64,000 bases of DNA from contig OZ316775.1 of assembly GCA_973851085.1 (NCBI GenBank), positions 21,762,001 to 21,826,000 of the forward strand, given 5' to 3'. The notes beneath the pieces were generated by a model that did no database searches, was not told the DNA's origin, and was given only the letters and a program-made list of their open reading frames with translations. This document shows, in pieces, positions 52,001-64,000 of this stretch (position 1 is its first letter; each line of letters starts with the position of its first letter). Source of the DNA: Ptychomitrium polyphyllum. Lineage: Eukaryota. Position numbers and translations under genes: made by a program.

Positions 52001-54800
52001 TCAAATCCACATCTATAAATAATTTATTCATAAAAATATTCAAATAACTAAAATTTGAAATATTCAATAATTTTTGAAGTGATTCAATATTAGTTTATAT
52101 TTGCTTAGATAAATATAATCAATCTTTAAACAACACATAGGTAAATCAATACAATGCTTAAAAGAATCCAAAATAACATACAAATAATAATTTTCATTTA
52201 AATAATTATAAAACTAAAATAGAAAGAAAAATATTGAAAATAAATAATTTTGTATAGTTCTTAAGATCCAACAATACATATGATTTTCCAATGTACATAT
52301 TAGTTTTATTACAACATATTTAAAAAAATTTAAAAATTAATACCTTGTATATTTCTTATGTTAAGATAAGAATAAAATTTATAAATTTAATTTGAACAAT
52401 TTAAAGTAAATGTAGGTGCCAAATCAGATATATTCATATTTGAGCATTTTGGAACTTCAACTCTTAATCTTAAATAAAGAGAAATACATGCTAAAATAAG
52501 TACAAATAAGCCAAAAAGGGATAACCACCATTTGAAGCTGTACCATGGATATGGACAAAAATAATCACGTATACGTGTAGCTAATTGTTTCCAATATGAA
52601 CCTTTTCCTCTCATTGTGGAAATGAAAGATCATCAAATTGCATAGTTTATAAATAAATATTTAGTTTATTTTCAATGTATAATATTTTATCTTATATACT
52701 TGTTAGAAAATTTTTTGAAATGATTTTTTTCTATATAAGTAAAATTGAACGGAGTATTTAGATTTAAAAATAAAATGTACCAAATGAAAATAACATATAG
52801 TTATTTAAACAAAATATTTCCTATATTGAAATTTATAAATAAAAATTAGAAATAAAAGTAAATAGTTTTATTTTGACAATAGTTGTTTTATTTTATATTT
52901 ATATTCATATAAATATACATACATATATAGTGAGAAACATCCAAATATAAATACTCAAGCTATATTATTAGTATAAAAATAACTACACAAATTAATCATA
53001 AATATATCTTATATTATAAGTTGCAAAGAAAATAAGATTTTGTAGTTTTTACAACAATATGTATTTTTTATCATAAAGTAGCATCACCATGTTTTATGCA
53101 TATGTAGAAATTTCTTTTCCATAAGAAAATGAAAGTTATGTTTGCATTTAATAAAACCACAATTGTAGTTTTTATTGTGAATATTTTTGAATTTAGTATC
53201 TCTGCTATATAATGTTTGGTGCAAATTGTATTTTAATATAATTTGTATGGAGATTCCAAAATAATTTGAATTTTTGCTTTTAAATTTGGACTGTAGAAAA
53301 TTAATACAACATAATTTTTCATGTTTCTATATTATATTGCAATCTTATAATTAAATATATGTGTAATCACAATTCTAATAGAACTATATGAATACATATA
53401 TTATAACTCTTGTTTTATTGTAGTTAAAATTAAAAAACACTTATTAGAATTTAATTTAGAATATATATTTTATATTATTTAAACAAAAAAATATAAATAA
53501 ATGATAAATATGTGTTTATTCATTAACACCTAATAATTCATATTTTGAAATCAACTTTTTTATTTTTCAATTAAAAATTTATGTATTATAATAAAAAATC
53601 TCATGCTTCAATTGTCTTTATAAACCCTGAAAACATGCATTGAATTTAATAATGGAAATCTTTACATATCTTCATCTAATCTATTATATGGCAATTATTA
53701 AAAAAAACTTTTGAAGATTGCCAAAGTTTTGTATTAAAAATTTATAAATAATGATTAATAAATTAGCTTAAATGAAAATGTTTCTCCAATTAGAAGAAAA
53801 ACTAAAGTTAGTGGATATGTACTGAATTTAGTCAATATTATTTGATGGTATTAGAATTATATTGCATGTATTAGTATTAAAATTGTTGTATTGATTAATA
53901 ATTTGATTGGCTATTTAATGTATATTTTGCATAGCATATTAGGCTATTTAAAAAATATATGATGTTATTCATGTATCAAATGATAAACATATACAATTTT
54001 AAATATAAGTTTGATGTCATTGATAGTAGTAATTTTATTGCATGATTTTTTTTTGAATTTAACATATTTGCATCGATTGTTTAATACATTTGTATGTGCA
54101 TCTTTTCATTTATAAAAATACAATTCAAATATTATATATATTTTGTGTGAATTTTTTTTGAGCTTTAAAACTTAGGTGTTAAAAATGATGTATTTGAATA
54201 AAAAATATATATTTAATTTTAGTTTTAAAATAGAATCATTATAAAATTATAATGTTGGTATATAAAACAAGTTATTGCAATAATTGTAAAAGTGTGTATT
54301 TACTTATTTTTCACAAATGAGGTCTTTCCATTAGAACTTTACTAAAAATCTTAAAACTTACAACATCTACTTGTCTTCTATTTATAAAAGTGTGCAACTC
54401 CACATACATTTAAAAATAAAATCAATTAAATTTAATAGGATTTCATTTCTATAGCCTATTTCTGTTGTAATTAAGATCTTTAAAAAGCACTATATGTTAA
54501 ATTTCTTAATATTAATTTTTGAATTTTAATTTACCCAAAAATTAAAAAATATTGGTTGTTGAAATTTAAACAAAAATGCTTCTTTGAATAATTGAATCTT
54601 ATTTGTATCAATCTTTTGTATCATCTGGCCATATGTGGTTTATAAAAAGTTGACATTACTTGCATTAAAAATGAATTGTGTAAATTTATCAATTCTTATA
54701 AGTAGTGGTTGTTTAAAGTACAACAAAAAAACAAGGTTTCATTTTGATATTTTAATATGCAACTTCTAACTAATATTGGACAATTATGTTTTAGAAAAAA
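49040..54800. other. Very AT-rich intergenic tract with no recognisable gene
   Basis: Long A/T runs and almost no ORFs; possibly very old decayed repeats. Confidence 0.6.
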
Positions 54801-55692
54801 ATGTGGATACTTTTGCTCACTCATTTATGAAAGATTGTTTAGATTTTTAATTAAATATAAACATCCATATTGCAAAGAAATTAATCATGTTATCATATAC
54901 ATAACTAACCATATTAATAAAAAAAGAAAATTTATACAAAATGATTTTCCTTTCTCAAAGTTGTCATACATCCCTTTCTATACACCAAAGTTGCATTTGG
55001 CTTGCGATGTTTTGGTTTTGTGCCCTGTTGCGGAATAAAAACCAATTTTGCATAAAGAACCATACACCCTTATCATATTTGACATTTTTGAATCTTATAA
55101 TTGTGATTCAACAATGCAACAGTGTGCTCATGTACTCTTATCTTTGAACTTTTATGATAACTTATGTAGTATAGGTAGCTGATTTTGCAAAGCAGTTCCA
55201 CTGTATGAATATTTCGGAAATGAGCAACGCTTGGGCAATAAAAGTTTCCAAATCAAGGTTGGGCAGCCGCCTTCGATGGACTTCCAAGAAGCTAAGAATG
55301 GGAGACTCCGTCTTCGCAAAATTCTGGAGCACACGGGAAGAATGTATTGTGTATGGCACCTGAAATGGATGTCTGTTCCAGCAACGTAAGTAATATTCAA
55401 CCCAATTAAGAGCAACTTTGATTCACATGGAATTCTCTGAGTTGATAACGTGGCCAAGTTAGCAAGAATATATTACGGTCCCTGACACATCATCATGCAA
55501 TTCTTTGCCCCTGGTGTTTAATGTGAACCAATTCTTTCCTGAATTAGCTTCAGATATTGCATGAACATGATACTTTTCAGATGATTACGCTTGTAAACAA
55601 GTAAATCATCACAAGGAAATTAGTGGAATGTACCAGGTATTCACATGGCAGAAAAAGTGATCACAACCAACTGCACAGTAACATAGATGGGG

Positions 55693-57662
55693 CTAGACTA
55701 ATCTACAGATCTTATACTCTTTGAAGCTGGACGAACCGCGGCACTGAAAGCCAGGGGGGCAGTGGTGATCAGCAGCGCAGTAGCACCAGTAGTGAGGTGC
55801 ACACAAAGGAGAGTAGTATGGGCCCTCCTTTCGCAATACTTGCTTGAAGAGCTCAGGCTCGAAGATTTTGTGGGGATCGTGTTTCTGTTGCATCTCCAAG
55901 AGCTCAGCAATATTGGCAGCCGGGTAATGCTCCCGCACCTTGCACTCCGGATGACGAGCGATGCGCTCATGGTTCTTGCCCCAGTGCGGGCGGCCTTTGT
56001 ACTTGCACAGTGTGAGTTGCTCGATCGTTTCCACAATCGTTGACACTTTGGCCAGCTTGTCAGGTATCAGGGCTGAGTGAACGTTTGCAATCTGCACGTA
56101 AGAAACGTCTTCTGAGCCGGTGCTTGTGGACAGCAAGTTCTGGTTCCCTTGGCCAGTTTGGATCACGATGTATCCCGGCGAGCACCTCTTGACCTTACCT
56201 TCGCCGTAGCGCTTGCTCAAGCGAGCCTCGGCTTCGGCATTTTCTGCTAGCACTACAATTTTCACGTCCTCGACCCAGTCTTCCAGATGGGACAGCCTGA
56301 TGGTGAACTCTGCGTCTTCCGTAAAAGTGCCCGTGTAGTGGACGTCGAAGCTGCAGTTGGGAACGCAGTCAGCCGACACAAGCGCATAGTTGGTAGGGAT
56401 AGTGGCGCGATCGACTAGGGTCCCGTTACCGATATCGAATGCGAAGGCGCTGCTAGTGGCATTACTCAACGCGCAGATACCTGTCAATGGAAATATGAGG
56501 ACAATCAAATAAGCTGGCAATTATGTTATTCTGTACTGTGGAGCTATCTGAGAAAGTTTGCTTCAAATCACTCGCGAGGCTGGCAATTTTCAATCATTCC
56601 TCATACCTGTGTTCAACACATCGGCAACAGGCGACTCATCCTTGACGTCCTCTTCCCAAGCAGCCATTAGCTCCTTCAGAGCGCTCGCACCCTGCTCATT
56701 GGTTGAGAACAGCACTGCAATGCTCCCGTTTGGATAGAACTTTGGCATCGTGGCCGGATCGTATTCAACCTTCTCCACGTTTGTCCACGACACTGTTTCG
56801 TACGTCCTGAAGTCGGGTCTCCAGATCGTGATCACGTGGGGTGTTTCTTCCTTCAGAATCTTCTTCAGCTCAGCCACCATGTTTGTATCCTTCAAGTCCT
56901 TCCGTATCTCCACAACTGTCCAAGAATTCGGTTGCAACTGAAGAGTGATCTCTGCTACAATTCCCAGCAATCCTAATCCTCCCACCAAAGCTCTCACCTC
57001 TTTTGTGCCAAGCTCCGAATGCAAGTCGCTCACAATAATTTCCCCCCTGGCATTCACCCACTTCACCTTCCTCACGAGATCGCCCAAACTGCTCGTGGTT
57101 CGATACCCGGATCCATGAGCCGACGCCATGATCACACCCCCAAAGTCAGGTTTGAATAGATAGGCAACGCTCCTGGAGGGACAGACATGTCGTTCGCTTC
57201 TGCCGCCAGAGTGATCTCCCGCAGTGTCATCCCTGCCTCCACTGTCAGCTGGTGGTGTTCACGATCCACATCCACGACACGATTTAAGAGGTGAAGTAGC
57301 ACCGTGATGGAGGCAATTTGATCACTGTCGATGACCTTCTGATACTCCGCGTAGCTGCTACCTCGCTTTCCAGAGCAAACGAACCCCATCCCGCTATGAA
57401 ATCCCCGATGAGTGGCACGAATCCTCACGGGCTCCTCGAGGGAAGTGTAGAGCTTGATGAGGTCGCTGATGTCCTTTGTGGAGTTCATGGTGACTTGCTC
57501 ACTGAAAGTGCATTTGAGGTAGTTGTAACTGGAGTAGAACGTTGTGGAACTGGCATTGTGGGAGAATGCTTCACTTTCTTTCATCCTGGCAGCCGAGGCG
57601 CAACTCAGCATCACTAAGATGCCCAACAGCCATATCGACGCTTCCGCTCGCAGATTCAACAT
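55693..57662 (-). pseudogene. L-gulonolactone oxidase-like (FAD-linked aldonolactone oxidase, GULLO family) gene with a 1-bp frameshift
   Basis: Signal-peptide-like N-terminus, LTVEAGMTL, LTLG/VIMASAHGS, GLGLLGIV, PHWGKN and a Cys-rich C-terminus. Intron 56606-56481. The frame breaks at the C5 run 57137-57141; this could be a sequencing error in an intact gene. Confidence 0.82.
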
Positions 57663-59661
57663 TCTCGTCACCTACAAAAACTGCAATGATGGAATTGAAT
57701 GGTAGACCGGACTCGATTGCTACAAACATGCAAACTGCACAAATTCAACAATAGTTGCAAGGGACTGAAACTCACACGTGTTAGGACTCTTTCAAATAAT
57801 ATTGGCTGCTTCTGGCATCACCGGGTAGTTCTGTAACATTCGCTAATTTGCCGGTCGAGCACCAGAAATCGTCAAGACCAGAGCTCAGTTCGAGCAATCT
57901 CGAAACATGATACATCATCGAGGTAAGCGGTCCTCTATTTTATTCAGCCGCTTTCAAACACTTACAAAGTCTTAGTGGTACTGTAATTCTGACAGGCCAC
58001 CTTAAGATTCAAAGGGTTGATACAGGAGGTCAAAGCAACGACTGGATGTTAATGACGTATTTAGTCACCAGATATGTAGTCTTATGCACACAACAGGATA
58101 ATTTGCAAGCAGCTCCAATCCACGAGGCTCTATGCAATAATCCCGGAGATAAGAAATAAAGGTTGCAACTTCCTTTGAGAACTTTTGCGAGGTGACGTTG
58201 GCTATGCAGTAGTAGGGTGGAGTATAGGGCAGTAGTGCACCAGGATGCTGTCAAAATTGCCTTACCACGAATAATTTTGAAATGTGAAGTGTCTACAAGG
58301 CTTCACGATGGTGAAACTCAAGTAGATCCACCACAGACTTGGTCCGGATCGGACTTCGCCTAAGAAATCGCACCTCCTTCTCTCTGAGCAGCTCGCCTTG
58401 CTCTTTGAATCCCTCGTTCCTGCTGAGAATTTTTTTTCCTTGGGAGATATTCCTGCTGAGAATAATTCTTGCTCAGGAGATTTTCCTGCTTTGACCATCT
58501 CAGTGCTATCGTCAGATGAAAGCTCTCCATCTTCAAAATGATGAGGCTAAATGATGATGCATACAGTCACCACACCCCACCAACCAAGCTGCCAGGAGCT
58601 AAATTTAGATATATGGGTCCGCTTCATTGCTTATTCAGGGGCTGACCGAAGAGTAATATTGTACTACTGTGGAACTACAGTGGATTCCAGTGATCTCCAG
58701 ACATTACGGTCAAATAGTGATATATAAACTAAATTCAAAATTTCATAATTATTATTATGGATTATTATTAAGGATAATTGTTGCTACATAAAGAGTCTAT
58801 AATTTTGATGAGGGCCTCCGAATTTTACACCGAAATGATGTGGAAAGAACTAAACTTGTGGTCCACGCTGAACTATTTGAAACAGTGATTTTGTGCAGTA
58901 GAAGTGTGTCTCTGCTCTCATTAAAAAGAGTTGTAGAAATGCTCGTAGGGTCTCCATACACCTTTCTTATTGTTTGTAGGAGAAATGCTTTTTCTGTCAT
59001 ATTAAAGAACTTTAGCAATATAATTGGTTAATATTTTCAAAATCTATATTAAGACCTTACATCTTGTTTTGTCCCAAAAAAAAACAATTTGAAGATAGAT
59101 GAAAAGATGAGTTGGTTACCTAAATGATAGTAATTATTGTAGAAATATCTTTACTTATTAATTATTTAAGGAGTTCTTTATGACAGCAACTCAATAGCTT
59201 GTCTATGGGAGAAGACTTTTTCCATGTTGATTATTTTATTGAAGTGTTAAATTAGCAACAATAATTGAGGATTCTCACAATTCTTATAATACTGTAGTAG
59301 AAGTGTGGCATATTAATTTTCTTAATATTTCAATATAAAAATTAATGTAGACAAATTTGCTCCCTGTAATGCTCCTCTTCTACCTTCTTCATACAAACAC
59401 ATTGTTAGACATACAGTTTGAGTTAATTGAATTCAGTTGAAGTCACGTCATAGTGTCTCACGATTGTCTCCAACTTCCATCATCCGCCCATGACACAAGC
59501 ACAAAATGTTCTACCCATACATAAACTGAAGCTTGAATAATGTCACACTAAACTGTCAATGTTGAGCTTTATTGTGAACTGCGAGTAAGCTATTGTAGAG
59601 CACAAGGAATCAGATGCAGATTGTGATGAGTACTGAACAGATCATAAGCTACTGATCGACA

Positions 59662-62252
59662 CTACTCTGAATACTCAACGCAGATGGCCTCTAGTGCATG
59701 ACCATGCTTAACAGTGCCCGGGAGAAAAGCAATCTGAGTAGTTGTCGAAATGCCCTGAGGAACGAACATGCAGCCCTTATTGACAGAAACACCTCCGGAT
59801 ATTGACGCATTCGCATCAATCTCCTTGCTCCATAGAATGGCGCCAGTCTTGGTGTCCAAAGCGTGCATAGCGCCGTTGGGAACTCCCAACGAGGTCCCCA
59901 GGAGCACGCCATTCGCCACTGTCACGGGTCCTATCGGGTGGCTTGCATTCGGGGTCGCAACCGACCATAAGATGGCGCCCGTAGAAGCATCCATAGCCAC
60001 CCAGCCACCTGCAGTGATGATTCTGCTCGAAGGGTCTAATGTGAAATTTTGATTTTCGTTGTTGATGATGCTCGTGTACACACGATCACCATCTGTGGCT
60101 GATCCCCAAGAAGCTCCACCAAGATGTCCTCCGGGTCCTGCAACCTGCACGAGGCAAACCCAAAGTGCCCTCAGTATTAGAACATGCTTCACAGTGAAAA
60201 TTTCGATTGAATAATTAAACATGATCACAATTTCGGTAACGTTGTTGGATACATGATCTCCGGGGAGTAATAATTCGGGCAAAAGAGTATGGCCGTACCG
60301 CATCCCAAACAAGCTTGCCGTGATCACGGTCGAGGGCCCAGACAATCCCACTTTTTTGCCCTGCTACAACAATGTCAAGAAACTTCAATTTCTCCTTGCT
60401 TGAGACTGTGAGCAACATTGGTGCCTCGCCAAAATCAAAGTCGGGTCCTGCAATTTTAGGACAGTTATCAAGGCCGCCACCAGGAGCTTTGAAAGCAGCG
60501 AGGCACGCCAGAACCCAAGTGTCATACCCCCCGAGGTGGTTACTCCAAACGATGTTTCCGGAGTCCAAATCCATTGCAAGGATAGACTCGGAGTGGTCTT
60601 CGGGTTTGATGCATGGATTAGGAACATCGGGAGTGGTTTTATTATTCTGCTCTGCTTGACATGCCTCTACCTTGGGAGGTGCAGAATACAAGTTGCCTGT
60701 TGCCATGTAGACATGCCTCCTCTTCTTGTCAATCGGTGGGCTGCTCCCCCAAATTGCTGCTCCTGCATAGGCTCCAACTTTTCCACCGTTGTCCGGTAAC
60801 ACTTTGGTCTGCCATATGATGCCTCCTGTCTTAACATCCATTCTAACCATACTTCCTTGGAACGAGCAGCACGATTGGTTGATATTACCTTCTTCCAATG
60901 ATGCGACACCGACATAGTACGAGCTGCAACAGGGAGTTACTTGGTGTGAGAGTATAACACTGCAACTAGGAGATTACATTCAAGAGGTTAGCTATAGTTT
61001 GACATACACAGGAAGAAGAAAGGGAATTGGGTCAAGAGATCTATACCGTTCAAACACAGTGCCTGAACAAGATATAGCGGCGTAGGGATGTGGATCTAGC
61101 AACGTGGACCAGAGAAGAATGCCAGTACGGCGGTCAAGTGCAAGCTGAAGAGCTGGGTTCCAGATTCCCACGAATAGGTACTTTTTGTGTACAACCGGAG
61201 TGCTCCTGGGCAGTAGAGATGTTTTACTTTTAAGTTCTTGAGTCAGATTCTTTCGCCAGAACACACTCCCATCGTCTTCACTTACAGCATACACTTCACC
61301 TCCCCAGGTTGTGAAATAAACGACACCATCGGCTATGGCGGGAGTGACGGTGACGTCGCTTCCGGTTTCCACCGTCCATTTCCTGTTGAAGGTCGTTGCA
61401 GAATGAATACTGATTTGGTGCTCATGCTTGGCCTCTCTTCTATTTTCAATGCCTCCTCCATGATTTGGCCACTGCAAGGGAAGAAGTAACAAAAATTCAG
61501 CAGTATGCAAGAAATTGCGCAAGAACGTAAAGGCGGTTAGCAAAATCTAGGTCTGACGGGCAGAAAGTATCACAATAGAAGGGACAAGCGAGGAGAGTAG
61601 ATAAGCTGAAACTTAGCTGATTCCCTTTGCCACAACAACAAAACGACCTCAGCTTCGCAGTATTCACAGTGCCTCTTCTGTTACAATTATACTGAAAAGT
61701 AAACTCACAATTGCGAGGCATTTATCATTTTATATGCCTACTAGTACACTGCTCGAGAAACCTGACTAAGCTATGAAGCACAGTGTGAGTTTGTGAATCA
61801 TATGAGATCTGGAGCTAAGCATCTAATCCTCGACCTCTTTGCAAGTCTCTGAATTGAGTCATCGATCCTTTATGCTTGCGGTGATACTTCATAAAATCAA
61901 TTTCATTATGCATCACTTTGAATTGATATTCTCGCATGCAACATACTGGGCTCTAACTCTAGTTCCACATTGACCTCGTCCCTTCTCCCAAACAATTTCA
62001 TTTGATACAATGGCTGTGTACGTACAAGGCAGATTTTTAGTGCTGAGAAAATTTTGTCACCCAATGTGGTATTGGTTTCAATGATCACATCTGCATATTG
62101 TACGCGGTCACTAGCTTGCACAATTATTCCCAGGAGGAAATGCTTACCTCAGCCTTCTTGAATGACGAAAGGGAGTCATGACCGTCAACTGCACAAAAAC
62201 TCCAGAAGAGTGCTGCAATGAAGCAGGTAATGACCAGTCCAAGGGAATCCAT
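59662..62252 (-). CDS. Secreted PQQ-binding-like beta-propeller dehydrogenase (polyvinyl-alcohol-dehydrogenase-like), ~545 aa
   Basis: Exons 62252-62148, 61471-61047, 60923-60299 and 60144-59662 splice in frame. Hydrophobic signal peptide; WPNHGG; repeated A(L/M)DxxTGxxxW propeller motifs; CCSFQGS; GAAIWGSSP; DFDFGEAP; GQKSG. Confidence 0.87.
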
Positions 62253-64000
62253 TATGTCCTTGTGGCGTCAAGAATAGTTCAAGAGGTGCTGCAAAATCTA
62301 GCAAGGATATATGATATTGCAGCCACCTACTCCAAAGACAACAGTAGACATACAATCATTCCTAGGAGCGTATTGTGCCGCAAATTTTCCTCTGAAGTTT
62401 GCGCTATCATCTCTTCACAACTCGACAACGAGGAAACTACGTCACATACTTCTAAAAGTAGTCAGCACGCCTGCTGCTTCAATCGGAAATTTTTTCGAGC
62501 AGTTGGAGGTTACTTACTGGATGCATATATTTGCTGAAACATTAAATTATTCTACGGTTGACTATTATCACCAGGCCTAGGTTCTGTACGCAATGCTGCA
62601 TGCGGCATGTAAACTGTCTATTGTTCTTCGTCGAGCTTCAGGGGCAAGTATTAACATTCTCCATGTAGAACCTCCTATGTCGTTTTTGAATTGTTGATTC
62701 TTTTCTTAAAATCTTTGTAGAACCCAACTTTTCTAAATCTAAACTTGAAATATGATAACACTCCTCCAAGGTCATGCACCATGTTTTTCAAAGTGTGGAA
62801 GTCCGACAAGGCCCACGTGGGTGCTGATCTTGAAAAGGTCCACTTCTCGATAAGGGGAACACTGAACGTGCTACATGCGCTTTGAACTATATCTTTATCA
62901 CCAGATTTTTTATTGGAAGAAAAAGTTTGAAACATATGAAACTTAGTAAATTTTTTTGTTGCAAGTCCAAGCAAAAAAGTCCACAAGCCGCTTTGTCAGG
63001 CTGATGTGAGCAATTACTGTACCGATATGCTTGGGGGCATGTGGAGAAGGACAACTTCTAAAAAGTGTTTGTCCTAAATGAAGTTCCAGTGGTCTCTAGA
63101 TTGGGTGCTACTGTGCAGTTTACTACAACACTACATCAACGCTACAAAATGCAATAGATTGTTCGTGTGCATTAAAGTATGGTGCACTTTTTTCCCACAA
63201 GTTGGAAACTATGCAGTTAGACTACAACAAGTGCAGATGGTCCTTCAGACAACAGTAGGGCAATCACTAAGTTTGGTAACATACTGGTAATCTAGACATC
63301 AACAATATTGCTTTGCAGATTACACTACCACACGGAATGGGTGTGGCTCATGGGAACTGCCACAATCGGTATTATACGAATAATGATCTTACATCAACAT
63401 TCGCCACCAAAAGTACACCTAAATCTGTTCAATTACTCCAAACACGTTCAGAGCTAGTTAGATGTTCTTTATTTAGTATTCATTCTAGTACTGTTTCCTG
63501 TTAAAATTTTGGAAAACGCAACGAGAATAAACTTAGATCCAATTTATCCACTCCGTTCTATTCGGTAGTGCATACTTTATGTATTCCGTGTATTTTTGTC
63601 AATGAGCTTTGACTTTTAGGTGAAGGCTTTCTTCCATTCTTTTAGCCATTCTTTTAGCAGTAGCCAGATTAGCAACAATATCTTCTTCATTGCAGCTGGG
63701 GTCAACAACGTAAATTCCTTTCATCCATATGTATCTCTTGTTCTCATCCACATGTAACTTTCATCCAAATTTGGTAAAAACCTCAGAATAACAAAAACGA
63801 TTATTTATTATACTAATATGGAAACATAGGGAATTTCTAACCAAATGTTCCAAAAATACAATACTGAACATGTATAAGTTAATTTCAAGCTATAACAAAT
63901 TTGTTTAGAAAAATTTTAACTTAAAATTAAAATTAAAAAAGGAATAAAATCTATAAACAAATAGAATATAAATTTAAAAATTAACTGATCTCAAAAGAAA

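Overview
Eukaryotic, intron-containing, AT-rich land-plant DNA. A moss such as Physcomitrium is my inference from the kinase-NLR class and the chromovirus type; I could not verify it. In order: (1) a three-exon kinase-NB-ARC-LRR immune receptor gene (611-8108, ~2400 aa) with 27 near-identical 144-bp LRR units and decayed units past the stop; (2) a nested, rearranged cluster of decayed Ty3/Gypsy chromoviruses (11503-25756) containing a ~4.7-kb near-perfect inverted repeat, a 100-N gap and a duplicated contig overlap; (3) an RBL14/RHBDL4-like rhomboid protease, a mitochondrial ribosomal protein mS34-like gene, a BTB/POZ protein with a duplicated Cys/His motif, and a small unknown protein; (4) a third, older chromovirus copy (42966-~49032) followed by a very AT-rich tract; (5) a frameshifted L-gulonolactone-oxidase-like gene and a secreted PQQ-type beta-propeller dehydrogenase-like gene. 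Best leads: module shuffling in the homogenised LRR array; the helical-bundle + kinase + MHA-variant NLR architecture; a Tf1-like self-priming signature and heat-shock-element arrays in the LTRs; and the homogenised inverted arms. All calls come from reading motifs by eye; no searches were run.
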